Source: an uncultured Nitrospiraceae bacterium (GTDB lineage: Bacteria > Nitrospirota > Thermodesulfovibrionia > Thermodesulfovibrionales > Dissulfurispiraceae). From it: a stretch of DNA of 64,000 nt. The stretch lies in assembly GCA_963727805.1 (NCBI GenBank), contig CAVSHF010000005.1:1024001-1088000 (forward strand), read 5' to 3'. The position numbers and the translations under genes were made by a program. The notes under the pieces are model-generated. The model did not search any database. It was given only the letters and a program-made list of their open reading frames with translations, and had not been told where the DNA came from. Below, in pieces: positions 11,568 to 21,391 of the stretch; positions within the stretch are counted from its first letter, which is position 1; each line of letters starts with the position of its first letter.

Positions 11568-11873
11568 TTACACTGACCCCTGCAACCTTCTCAGCCGTGC
11601 CGCCAGGTTGATATTGGCTATCGCCCAGCCGATCAGAGACGTCCCAACAACAAAAACAAGCCCCGTCACCATTACCCCCGTTACCATCGATATGCCCACA
11701 ACAGCCCTTGAAAGTAACGCAGTTTCTACGGTAGTTCCCAATACGTATGAAGCGATCCTCAATCCAAGTACTCCACCTACAAAGGAACTGGGCAGCATGC
11801 CGATCAGTATGAATAAAACCAATCCTGCCGTCGCCCCTATGTATAAGCCTTTCTTTGCAGTTTCCGTTTTCAT
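11568..11873 (-). CDS. Small Gly-rich membrane protein (paralog 1)
   Basis: MKTETAKKGLYIGATAGLVLFILIGMLPSSFVGGVLGL; AAGGAGGA SD; clear similarity to the neighbour. Confidence 0.85.
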   Translation of the reverse strand: MKTETAKKGLYIGATAGLVLFILIGMLPSSFVGGVLGLRIASYVLGTTVETALLSRAVVGISMVTGVMVTGLVFVVGTSLIGWAIANINLAARLRRLQGSV

Positions 11874-11908
11874 GTGCCCTGTCCTCCTTTGTTCAGTTAT
11901 CTATATCA

Positions 11909-11924
11909 AGCAGATTCCATGCCA
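11909..11924 (-). promoter_or_regulatory. Sigma-54 -24/-12 promoter
   Basis: Minus strand TGGCATGGAATCTGCT (GG-N10-GC), 36 nt upstream of the first ORF. Confidence 0.8.
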
Positions 11925-12679
11925 TCTCTTATTTCATTGATATTTCAGATATTTTTGTTTGATTTGTTTTGCAGAAATGCAAAAATATTTGCGGCTATAG
12001 GCATAAAAGCGAAAATGCTATCGATTGAAAGACGCTTCAGATCACGGTCCATCCACACGGCGCCGCCTTCCGCCCCGGACGGCGTGGATAGGCAAGCCGG
12101 GCCTTCTCTTTGAGTATCAGTTGTACAACTGATAATTATATCGCGTTTGCAAAGTCTTCAATTTTAAAATATTATGGTTATCTCTGCCGAAGCTTCAGAT
12201 ATTTCGACTGTCGATCAGAAGAATCTATCTCATTATACAAACTATGATTCCTTTTTTACAGTGTTAAGTTCAATCATTATTATTATCCTTGCATAATGGT
12301 CACCATATGGATTCTGAAGAGGAGCGACGAGAACCTTGTCTCCGGACCGCAGTTCAATCCGCATTCTGGCAAGCTCACGGGAGTCTATTTTATAGATATC
12401 GCCATTGGGTAAGGATTTTGTCTGCCCCTTACATGACGCGGGATCCGATGCTAGTAAGATGCCTCCTTCCTTGAGAGAGAGATCACCCCAGGTTCTCTCT
12501 CTTTTTCCTAACTGCCCATGGAGACAATAGAACGCTCTATATATTTTATTTCTTAGCTACAAGCTTTCCAGCACATAAGTTTCATGTCACTGTCCTGTCA
12601 AGTGTCCTGTTGAAACAACCAAGGCTGTCAGGCACTTTGCCTGGCAGCCTCTAACTCATTTATATTACAGTATTTTTAT

Positions 12680-12756
<77 letters not shown>

Positions 12757-12763
12757 AACGTTT

Positions 12764-12793
12764 ACAATAACGTAACGGTCTGGTTAATGTCAA
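12764..12793 (-). promoter_or_regulatory. Sigma-70 promoter of tRNA-fMet
   Basis: TTGACA-N18-TATTGT just upstream of the tRNA. Confidence 0.6.
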
Positions 12794-13495
12794 CGACAAC
12801 GCCTCAAAGGCCATTTTATCAATGGGTTATGCAAGATAACGCGCAATCTCCCAATAAGCTTCCGGATCCATCAGCCCGTCCTCGACCTATAGATTCATTC
12901 TTCACGGTCTGTTGTAGAACGATGACCGAGTTTCTTTCTTTGGTCTTCGGTATGCCAATGGCTTTTCCAGTAACACTATCGTGAGTTCTGCTGCGTCGAA
13001 AGATGCCGATTGTCCCAATACTTCAAAATGTTCCGCTTGTCCATCGCTGTCTATGCCAAGGAATTTCTGAGGCGTGATGCCGATCACGGAATGTACCGTT
13101 GACTTCATTGTATAGTTAAGTCGGCAGAGTCTGTATTGCTCTTTACCCTCTTGATATCAAAGGGGACCGTATAAAAGCAACGAGATGACTGCGCCAGCAA
13201 CTGAGTCCGCGCCGGTGTTAGCTTCGTGATGCGATGCAAAGGCAACTAACCTTTTCCGCACCGGGCGAATGTTGCGGATCATCAGGCAGTTATTGCAGAA
13301 TATGCCTGGTTGTTTGCTGAGGGGAACGAGCAATGCAACAGTTAGGATGCTCAACGTATTTACACAGGCTTGATTTAAGGGCTAAAGTGGTCTACTTAAC
13401 CGGAGCCCAAAGATGGGCAACTGACTTGTCTGCTACAGTTCTTCAAGACTGCCTTGCCCTTGTGCACTAAACCGAAAACCAAAAGGAGGTAATCA

Positions 13496-14437
13496 GTGGA
13501 TCGAGCCTATACGGTAACGGGAACCCCAGACTTGAACATAGCGGACGATTTTCAAGGGGTCCGCTTTTATAAGGATACTTCTGCTGAAAATCTTTGGTAC
13601 TATGGTCCTGCTAAACAGCCGTGGAGCCAATCGCGCAGCAAAATAGCGGAGCATATCATTTGGAATGCACGGCTGTCATTAGCCCCCCCCAGTGACACGC
13701 TTGTAAGTTTTTCACAGGCACATTCCAATTGCAAGCTCGTTGCCATCCCCGTCTCATTGGAAAACTCATCTGTTGATATTGCCACGCAAATAGTTGCTCC
13801 GCACAGAGCTTCAGTAAAAGTTCTTTCGAGTATCCCCTATCCATTGATAATCTTTTCCGCCACTCTGGACATGAAGGATGCTGACTATGACAAAATTGAT
13901 GCAGCAATCAAATCTGGGCTAGAACAAGGCGGCTTATTAAAGGGAGAGCTGCAGTGGTCGTTCAAGGCGTCAGCGGTGACAATGGAGGGACAGCTTGTCG
14001 CAAATATGAGACAGATCTCGGACGCGCTGCATGGACAGCCGGGCAACGAATGGATTTTGGAAAAAGACTTTTTTCGGTGCCTTTTAGATGAGATCCATAC
14101 TTCACTTCCATCTGCTTTGAAAATAGACGTGGGGGCATTGTCCCCCAGCGATATTGACATTATTGAGAGCACACTATTTTCTCTATGTTATCCCAGCATG
14201 ATAGCTGATTCAAAAACACAGTATGTTTTTGATATAAAAAGAAAATACACGATGTATAAGTTAAAGGACAGTGCCGAGTACCCAATAGACCCTGTGCTGC
14301 AGAAAATACGCTCCACTGAGGCAGTCAATCATATGCTGAGGTTATCTGTTGGAAGAAGCGCAGAAGCTGACGTAATGAGCTCGCCAACAGATCACACTAA
14401 CGATGCTCCTGATGAACCACCTTACTCCAAGAGTTAG
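13496..14437 (+). CDS. Hypothetical protein (313 aa)
   Basis: Long ORF with strong AAGGAGGT SD before GTG; no family recognised. Confidence 0.75.
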   Translation: MDRAYTVTGTPDLNIADDFQGVRFYKDTSAENLWYYGPAKQPWSQSRSKIAEHIIWNARLSLAPPSDTLVSFSQAHSNCKLVAIPVSLENSSVDIATQIVAPHRASVKVLSSIPYPLIIFSATLDMKDADYDKIDAAIKSGLEQGGLLKGELQWSFKASAVTMEGQLVANMRQISDALHGQPGNEWILEKDFFRCLLDEIHTSLPSALKIDVGALSPSDIDIIESTLFSLCYPSMIADSKTQYVFDIKRKYTMYKLKDSAEYPIDPVLQKIRSTEAVNHMLRLSVGRSAEADVMSSPTDHTNDAPDEPPYSKS

Positions 14438-14904
14438 TTACAGTTTCATAACAGCAGCACTCGATGAAGAAGGCACTCTCACCTCAACTTTCACTATCGG
14501 GACGAGAAAGAAATATGCAAACGCCAGTATGCATACTAGCAATATACAATTAAGCATGGTAATCTGTCGCAGGATATCACTCATCCTCACATCACTTGCC
14601 CTCATACAGACCTAAGGCATCTATTTCTGACCATGAGGTCTCTCGATTCCCTCAAATTTCTCACGCGCGCGTCCGGTTCCTTCACGACTATATAAACAGT
14701 CATTGTTGACACGCCGACGAAAGAGATTATCCTGAATGTACAGCAATAATACCCATCAGATCACCGCATTTAGTTCAGACCTTGCACTGTCACACCTGTT
14801 CCGCGCAATTTAAAAGCCCCTGTTGAATGTTGAATTGGTATGCTTCAAGACAAGATAGGCCACTGGAGATCAATGCCCCAACAGTCTTAACTTTATCTTT
14901 ACTT

Positions 14905-15954
14905 TTACCTGTTCGAGTAGTTCTTTATCAGCCAGTTACGGTATTCCCCTGTCTTGATTCTTTCGACCCATTCGCTATTTTCGAGATACCACCTGACTGT
15001 CTTCCTGAGCCCGGATTCAAAGGTATCCCTGGGCTGCCAGCCGAGTTCCTTTTTTATTTTTGAAGCGTCTATTGCATACCGGAGATCATGACCAAGCCTG
15101 TCTGTGACATATGTTATGAGTTTCTCAAACTGATCGAGCGGTCTTCCGATCTCCTCGGCGAGGATTTTGCATATCAGCAGCACTACCTCTATGTTTCTCC
15201 TTTCGTTATTACCGCCGATATTGTATGTTTCGCCGACCCGTCCCCGCTCAATGACAAGCCAAAGGGCCTCACAGTGATCCTCGACATAAAGCCAGTCCCT
15301 GACATTATTCCCTCTGCCATAGACGGGAAGCGCCTTACCTTCAAGCGCGCTCATTATCATGAGCGGTATCAACTTTTCGGGAAACTGGCGCGGGCCGTAA
15401 TTGTTCGAGCAATTCGTTATTTTGACAGGGATGCCATAGGTCTTATGATAGGCCTTAACAAGATGGTCACTTGAGGCCTTGGACGCGGAATACGGGCTGC
15501 TCGGGTCGTATTTCGTCTCTTCCGTAAAGAGGCCCTCTTCCCCAAGGGAGCCATATACCTCATCGGTGCTGACATGATGGAATAAATGATCACCCTCCTT
15601 TTTCCAATGTGTCTTGCATGCCTCCAAGAGGTTGAAGGTGCCTATAATATTAGTTCGAATAAATGACGAAGGGTCCACAATGCTTCTGTCTACATGGCTT
15701 TCGGCGGCAAGGTGGATGATTCTGTCAGGCTTGTATTTCCTGAAGAGGCCTTCGATTGTCTCAGTGTCAGCGATGTCGCCCTGCTCGAAAACGTAATTAC
15801 GGCAACCCACGATATCCTTGAGACTGTATAGATTGGCGGCATAGGTAAGCTTGTCCAGATTGATAAAAAGGTGTCCCGGATATCTTGGAACAAGGAGGGT
15901 CAGCAGATTAGAACCGATAAAACCGGCCCCTCCCGTAACAATAATCTTCCTCAT
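14905..15954 (-). CDS. rfbB: dTDP-glucose 4,6-dehydratase
   Basis: [40 protein letters not shown]. Confidence 0.97.
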   Translation of the reverse strand: MRKIIVTGGAGFIGSNLLTLLVPRYPGHLFINLDKLTYAANLYSLKDIVGCRNYVFEQGDIADTETIEGLFRKYKPDRIIHLAAESHVDRSIVDPSSFIRTNIIGTFNLLEACKTHWKKEGDHLFHHVSTDEVYGSLGEEGLFTEETKYDPSSPYSASKASSDHLVKAYHKTYGIPVKITNCSNNYGPRQFPEKLIPLMIMSALEGKALPVYGRGNNVRDWLYVEDHCEALWLVIERGRVGETYNIGGNNERRNIEVVLLICKILAEEIGRPLDQFEKLITYVTDRLGHDLRYAIDASKIKKELGWQPRDTFESGLRKTVRWYLENSEWVERIKTGEYRNWLIKNYSNR

Positions 15955-16029
15955 TAATCCTCCTCATCATTTATTTGCAGCACGTTGTTCGCAGTGATCC
16001 ATCACAACACTTAAGACAAACTCATCTTC

Positions 16030-16626
16030 CTAATGCATGCGCGTCCTGATCGCCGTTCCGCTCGTCCCGGGTATTGGTGCCGGCGCAACGGGTGCTGTTG
16101 CACCCCCGGTCGCACCCCTGTCTTTCTTGCTCCCAGGAGAAATCACCTTGACCTCGATCCTGTTATCGCCGTTAACCATTACAACACGATCATGGAGTAC
16201 CTCCCTTAAGGTATAGCCGCTCATGGTCTCTCCGATTTTAAGGCTGGTCTGGCGCTGTCCCCTCCCCGGGGTCGTGCGGGCCGCTTTTTTATCGCTCATG
16301 TATGCGATGCTGACGTTATCGGTTATGAGTGTTCCATAAAGAATAAACTCAGGTTTCGGTATTACGATTTCCTCTTTCTTGGACGGAATTATCCTGTCGG
16401 GATGGAAAAGATTCTTCTCGGCCACCATCGCATATTCCTGAAGCGGCGGATTGATCGCCTGCTCAGCAGCCTCCTTCTGTTGCTCCGCCACTTTTGGTGT
16501 TGCACGCGAAATAGGCACTCTGACTTCTTTAGTGAGTATCGGCAGTAGGATAAAAAAACCGAATGCAAGTATCCCCGCAAGCAGGATGCAATTGAGCAGG
16601 TTGATCTGTTTCATAACCGATTGCAT
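16030..16626 (-). CDS. T2SS-associated GspC-like inner membrane protein
   Basis: N-terminal TM, KNLFHPDR, LYGTLI..GE..GY motif typical of GspC HR-like domains; last gene of gsp run. Confidence 0.6.
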   Translation of the reverse strand: MQSVMKQINLLNCILLAGILAFGFFILLPILTKEVRVPISRATPKVAEQQKEAAEQAINPPLQEYAMVAEKNLFHPDRIIPSKKEEIVIPKPEFILYGTLITDNVSIAYMSDKKAARTTPGRGQRQTSLKIGETMSGYTLREVLHDRVVMVNGDNRIEVKVISPGSKKDRGATGGATAPVAPAPIPGTSGTAIRTRMH

Positions 16627-16633
16627 CCTCGCT

Positions 16634-17275
16634 TTACCTGCCTCCGTACAGGCTCATGATATCTAGCCTCACCATAAGCTCTCTCGGTTCCTTGAAATTT
16701 CTCACCCGAGCATCTAGTTCCTTAATTACAAGATATGGCGTCCTCGTTTCGATCGAATAGAGGATGTCTGAAAGTGCGCCCGCATCAGGCAATGTCGCAT
16801 CGATGCTCACACTCAGGACTTGGAATTTCTGACCTTCCGACGGCTTTTCGGTCTTCTTGCCGGTTGCTCCCTTCGCGGCCGGAGCAGTTGTACCGGCAGG
16901 CGACGACGGTGACTTTTCGAGGTCTTCAGGCTTGCCAATCCTCTCGCTCGAAATCGTTCCACCCCTTCCCGTGACGATCCCTTTCACCATCCCCTGCAAA
17001 TTCGCCGAAGCAAGCGAGATGGGTTCGCCATCGATAAGCTTTACTTTCTGCGCCTTTTCCTGCTCCTTTAGTGCAGCAAGCTTCTTCTCCAATTCCGGCT
17101 TTTCAGCAATCAGGGCAATATATTTATTGAGGGTCTGCATTCTAGCGTCGCTCTGTTCCCGTATCGATGCCTTCTCTGCCTTGACACCGAGATATACATA
17201 TTCGTATATGACAAGATAAAAAAGAATAATCAAGACGGGTGCGGCCAGCATGAGGAGTTTTTTATTTCTTTTCAA
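16634..17275 (-). CDS. gspM: Type II secretion protein M
   Basis: TM + coiled coil + LSDILYSIE..PYLVI; follows gspL. Confidence 0.75.
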   Translation of the reverse strand: MKRNKKLLMLAAPVLIILFYLVIYEYVYLGVKAEKASIREQSDARMQTLNKYIALIAEKPELEKKLAALKEQEKAQKVKLIDGEPISLASANLQGMVKGIVTGRGGTISSERIGKPEDLEKSPSSPAGTTAPAAKGATGKKTEKPSEGQKFQVLSVSIDATLPDAGALSDILYSIETRTPYLVIKELDARVRNFKEPRELMVRLDIMSLYGGR

Positions 17276-18800
17276 TAGCAGTTCCCTCCGGCTTCCAGCC
17301 CTTGATGTCCATCTTTATCTGAAAGCGGTCCATGTTCATTCGTGCATCCCTGAATGTCGGCGAAGAGAATTCAGCCTTCTGGAAATACTTCGACCCCTCG
17401 AGAAGTTGAATGAGGGACGTTGCAGACGGCGCATACCCTTCTATGTTCACCTGTGGTCCAGCAATCCTCATACGGGTAAGCCATGCGTTCTTCGGTATAA
17501 CAAGTGTAAGTTCCTTCAGCATATCAATGTAAAGGGGCTTGTCGTGTCTGAAATTATTGACAAGGGCCATCTGCTTTTTGAGTACCTCTATGTCGCCCTT
17601 GATTCTTTCGACGTTCCTTACCTCTTCCTTCCTCATGTTTATCTGTCTGTCAATTTCCCTAAGTTGGTCTTTTTCTGTTTGTATAGGAACAAAAAGATAC
17701 ACAACGAGACAGGAAACTATGACAAGGGCGAGAAAACCGGTAAGCAGAAAGGGCTTTTTTATGCGTTCCCTTAAGCCTTTAGAGATCAGATTATACCCCT
17801 TAGCTCCCGGCCACAGTTGCTCAATAGCCCCCCCTACAAGAGAGGAGCTTATCCCCGCATTGACGGCAAGGCCAGCAATTTTCCTATCAATCCCATTCAA
17901 GACCTCGAATGATAATACCCCTCTGGATTTCAATGATTCCTTTAGCGAGGCCATCTCCTCCCAGAACGAGATAATTGTCGGTCCTTCTTCGGATGCCAGG
18001 CCGGCAGATGCCTTCTGCTCTGCCAGAAAATCCTCAATGATGACCGCCATAAGCACATCGTCGTCGCACCCGAATTCCTTGGATGTAGCCGCCTTCAACA
18101 TGCCGGCCTCTACTGTTCCACTTTTTATACCGTTTCTGTCTACCTCTACAAATAGAAAGGAGTCGTATCCCATTATGTAGCGACACATGGTTGCAAGGCA
18201 TGAAAGATCAAAAGTTACTCTCCTGACGGGGATCCCCCTCTCGAGGATTTTATCGATATATTCGGTTATGGTACTCGCTTTAGCCGCAGCAATGAGAAGG
18301 TCTATGTTATCACTCGTTTGTTTCTCAACCAGGTAATCATACAGCGCTTCGTCGGAGGTAAATGGAGTGAAACGGTCGAATTCATAAGTGATGACTTGAT
18401 TGAGGTTTTCTCCGACAGCGGCAGGAAGACTCGTAGACTTCACCACAACCCACTGTTTCGGAATAACCAGCACTACATCTGCTTTTCGGATACCGAAATC
18501 CTTGAATGCCACGGCTAAGGTTGAAGCCACTTCATCGGGTGATGGGATCGAATCTTCGCTGTACCGATAAGTCCTGTCCGCCTTAATCCTGAACTTCGAG
18601 AATGCTCGCGATGCATGGAGTACAGTTACTTGCCCTTTTCGTATCTCCGCGCAAATGCAGGAGGCGGGGACGACCGCTTCGCTCGGACTGAAAGTGAGCA
18701 CTTTCCATACGGAAGTCGCAACCTTCTTAATGGCGCCCGCAACGCCTGAGACGGCATCGCCGAATTGTTTTATTGTTTCTCTTGTTCTTGCTGTTTCCAT
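17262..18800 (-). CDS. gspL: Type II secretion protein L (PilM/PilN-like)
   Basis: EFDRFTPF, TM, PilN-like ELTLVIPKNAWLT..IEGYAPSA; start uncertain (18800 or 18821). Confidence 0.8.
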   Translation of the reverse strand: METARTRETIKQFGDAVSGVAGAIKKVATSVWKVLTFSPSEAVVPASCICAEIRKGQVTVLHASRAFSKFRIKADRTYRYSEDSIPSPDEVASTLAVAFKDFGIRKADVVLVIPKQWVVVKSTSLPAAVGENLNQVITYEFDRFTPFTSDEALYDYLVEKQTSDNIDLLIAAAKASTITEYIDKILERGIPVRRVTFDLSCLATMCRYIMGYDSFLFVEVDRNGIKSGTVEAGMLKAATSKEFGCDDDVLMAVIIEDFLAEQKASAGLASEEGPTIISFWEEMASLKESLKSRGVLSFEVLNGIDRKIAGLAVNAGISSSLVGGAIEQLWPGAKGYNLISKGLRERIKKPFLLTGFLALVIVSCLVVYLFVPIQTEKDQLREIDRQINMRKEEVRNVERIKGDIEVLKKQMALVNNFRHDKPLYIDMLKELTLVIPKNAWLTRMRIAGPQVNIEGYAPSATSLIQLLEGSKYFQKAEFSSPTFRDARMNMDRFQIKMDIKGWKPEGTAIEKK

Positions 18801-19765
18801 TTGCTCATGTCCCAGGGGCACTTGAAGTAGCGGTAACTGAATTTATTGCCCGCGACGGTGATGACTGCCTTCACCCCATAACCCGCCTTTTTGCTGTTTT
18901 TCCTGCCGACCGATTCGACAGTAAACGTCGTGCTTTCTCCAGCAGCAACGAACGGGCTCATTGCAGTGAAAGCCCCGCCGACGAGGGCCTGAAAAGCCGA
19001 TATCGACTTAATCTCCGAAGTCTTCCTGAAATCAATCACTACCCCTGCCAGTTCAGGCGTCATTCCGGGGATTGCCAATAGGACCTCTTTAGAGGCCGCA
19101 TTGACATTTATTGTACCATTTCCGGAATAAACGGTTATGAAGTCCTCGAGTCCGGGTTTGTTCGCCGTGCCGTGCAACAGTTCCGGCGTCATGCCTTTCA
19201 CGAGTAGGAGTTCCTCGATGCTTTCGACGTCAGCGTTTTTGGCCTTATATGGGACTGGAAGCGACATGTAATAGTCACTTTCTGCACCATGAAGACGCGT
19301 TAGATCGTCCGCGTCCCTCCAGTCCTCGATGGAATCGACAATGACATCGGCATCTTCATCCTTCACCCCGAGGCTCGTAAGCAATCCTTTTAATATTATA
19401 TCAGGGACTTTATTTATATCTATTTTCCCAGATTCATCGATAATCCTCACGGTGCAGATACCATTTTCGAGCGGGAAGGTGTTGGGAGTCCCATCGGTCT
19501 TCCAGACGTTTGTTTCCTTGCCTTCTTCAAGCGGGGCGCCCAGGTTTATTCTGCGATACATAATCTCTTCGGCAGCCCTTTCGACCCCGGCCTCTGCAAT
19601 GAACTTCTCTTCGACGCCCTCCTTAAACGCGATGGTGGACCGGCTCTCGACCTTTGTCATATACGAAACGGACAGCACGACAACCATAAGGATCGCTAGT
19701 ATCCATATGACAAGCATCAGAGCTATACCTTTTTGTCCCCGTCGGCAATGCATAGGCATCATCAT
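18770..19765 (-). CDS. gspK: Type II secretion minor pseudopilin K
   Basis: QKG-IALMLVIW, DESGKIDIN, DWRDADD, GAESDYY, INVNAAS. Confidence 0.93.
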   Translation of the reverse strand: MMMPMHCRRGQKGIALMLVIWILAILMVVVLSVSYMTKVESRSTIAFKEGVEEKFIAEAGVERAAEEIMYRRINLGAPLEEGKETNVWKTDGTPNTFPLENGICTVRIIDESGKIDINKVPDIILKGLLTSLGVKDEDADVIVDSIEDWRDADDLTRLHGAESDYYMSLPVPYKAKNADVESIEELLLVKGMTPELLHGTANKPGLEDFITVYSGNGTINVNAASKEVLLAIPGMTPELAGVVIDFRKTSEIKSISAFQALVGGAFTAMSPFVAAGESTTFTVESVGRKNSKKAGYGVKAVITVAGNKFSYRYFKCPWDMSKWKQQEQEKQ

Positions 19766-20484
19766 TGAGACTGCAGTGGCAAGGCTCTCTGTGGCATGAT
19801 GGGTCCCGATGGCCCAGCCGCCGATGGGCCGGCCACTGACGGCCCGGCTACCGAGGTTACCTGTTGGATGTTAATCCCCATCCTCAAAGGTATTATCAAC
19901 GGCAGGACTTTCGTGCCCATATTTAGCGTAAGCCTTATTTTATCGGGGATAGTTTCCTTATCAGTCCATTCATCCACCCAACTGCCCTTCTCGTCAGTTG
20001 GCCCTTTATAATTATATTCAAAAAAGATGTCCTTCGCATTTTCAATAAGCCGCACTTCCCTTGCCACATCAGGGATCATAATAGGACTTTCGGTGACATA
20101 GAGGGCCTTGCCACCCATGTTCCCTCCTTTTACATTGTAGACTACGAACACCGGGCCTTTTGTCCCACCCCACAACGAATATAGCGATCTAAACTGGAGG
20201 GAACTACGGTCCCCTTTGAATTGGGCAAAATCCAGGTCCGCTTCCAATGGTTTCTTGATTATCCACCCCGACTGCACTTGCGACTCAACAATATTAAGGG
20301 ATGTCCTGAAACGCTCGATGGATTCGATCTTGCTTTGTTCTAATTCGGCGGAGCGAAAGCCAAGCCTCAGCGCCCCGGCGGTAATAAGCACGACGATTCC
20401 AAGCAACACGAGCGATATCATCAATTCGAGCAGAGTGAAACCGTGCTGACCGAAGCGTCTTTCCCTCGTTCTTTCTTCTGTCAT
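19762..20484 (-). CDS. gspJ: Type II secretion minor pseudopilin J
   Basis: Prepilin site G-FTLLELMIS; position between I and K. Confidence 0.8.
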   Translation of the reverse strand: MTEERTRERRFGQHGFTLLELMISLVLLGIVVLITAGALRLGFRSAELEQSKIESIERFRTSLNIVESQVQSGWIIKKPLEADLDFAQFKGDRSSLQFRSLYSLWGGTKGPVFVVYNVKGGNMGGKALYVTESPIMIPDVAREVRLIENAKDIFFEYNYKGPTDEKGSWVDEWTDKETIPDKIRLTLNMGTKVLPLIIPLRMGINIQQVTSVAGPSVAGPSAAGPSGPIMPQRALPLQSQ

Positions 20485-20906
20485 TATATTTTATGCTCCG
20501 TCAATTTCAGAGTTTGTAGGGTAAGAGACCTCTCTCGCGTGCCATCATGCCAGTAAATTGTAGCTCTGACCTGGTAGAGGTCTACGTTCAGGGCTTGTAC
20601 CCTCTCTTCGTATCCTTTTGTCACGGTAGCGTCATAGCGGTATCCATCTTCGGTAGTACCACTTAGGATAGAATTAGGAAAGTTCTCATCCTCGAGGATA
20701 TTTCTCATGATCGCTTCAGCATGTGCAGCGGCATTTACATAGCTTTCCGATACCGCGACAGAACGGAGATTGGCCGAAAAGAGTTGCATCACAACAACAA
20801 GAACAATCCCGATCAGTGAAATGGCGACGAGGATCTCAAGGAGTGTAAACCCCGCCCGGTTTGAGTTGAGACAAGACAAAGACTTCTGCGCATGGCTGTT
20901 TCTCAT
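20484..20906 (-). CDS. gspI: Type II secretion minor pseudopilin I
   Basis: G-FTLLEILVA; size and position. Confidence 0.8.
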   Translation of the reverse strand: MRNSHAQKSLSCLNSNRAGFTLLEILVAISLIGIVLVVVMQLFSANLRSVAVSESYVNAAAHAEAIMRNILEDENFPNSILSGTTEDGYRYDATVTKGYEERVQALNVDLYQVRATIYWHDGTRERSLTLQTLKLTEHKI

Positions 20907-20933
20907 TTCAGCATTAATTCCTTCAACCGGCCA

Positions 20934-21386
20934 TCACTGTTTTTGCCTGGTAATCACCACACCGACAACGGGATCTATTTCAAGGGTCACAACCTTTTTC
21001 CCTGACGACAATACAATAGTCCCCCCTTCGGTGACACCGGATGGAGCGAAGACGAACCGGTATCCGCCCACCGCCACTTCTCCGTAAAGGGGGTCGATGA
21101 CTCTGATCGATACGGTGTCGGGGATGGTGCGAGTCACCCCTCCCTCCTCGATACCGAAAGTCTTGCCCTCGATTTCAACGGTCAATACCTGCCACTTTCC
21201 GCTCGTTATCGCATTTGAACGCGCCTGTCTGAAGGCAGCCATAATTTCTCTCGCCGTCGCATCGACCTTCTGAGAAGGGAGGGAGCGCGAGAACACAACA
21301 GCGGAAATGCCGACAATGAGGGTAATAAGGAAAATCACAAGGATCATCTCAAGGAGGGTAAATCCCTTGTTATCGTTCCTCTTCAT
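20934..21386 (-). CDS. gspH: Type II secretion minor pseudopilin H
   Basis: G-FTLLEMILV; ARSNAI; F.PSG. Confidence 0.82.
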   Translation of the reverse strand: MKRNDNKGFTLLEMILVIFLITLIVGISAVVFSRSLPSQKVDATAREIMAAFRQARSNAITSGKWQVLTVEIEGKTFGIEEGGVTRTIPDTVSIRVIDPLYGEVAVGGYRFVFAPSGVTEGGTIVLSSGKKVVTLEIDPVVGVVITRQKQ

Positions 21387-21391
21387 AAAGA

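Noticed and set aside
12050..12095. GC-rich imperfect hairpin upstream of the sigma-54 operon
   Set aside because: Single copy, no family match; cannot assign.
12289..12510. Possible Moco-type riboswitch or small ORF ending in a GAGAGAGA/TCTCTCTC terminator
   Set aside because: Only a GCCTCC word matches; no downstream gene on that strand; ORF unsupported.
14706..14733. TTGACA-N16-TATCCT pointing antisense to rfbB
   Set aside because: Suboptimal spacing and no supported product.
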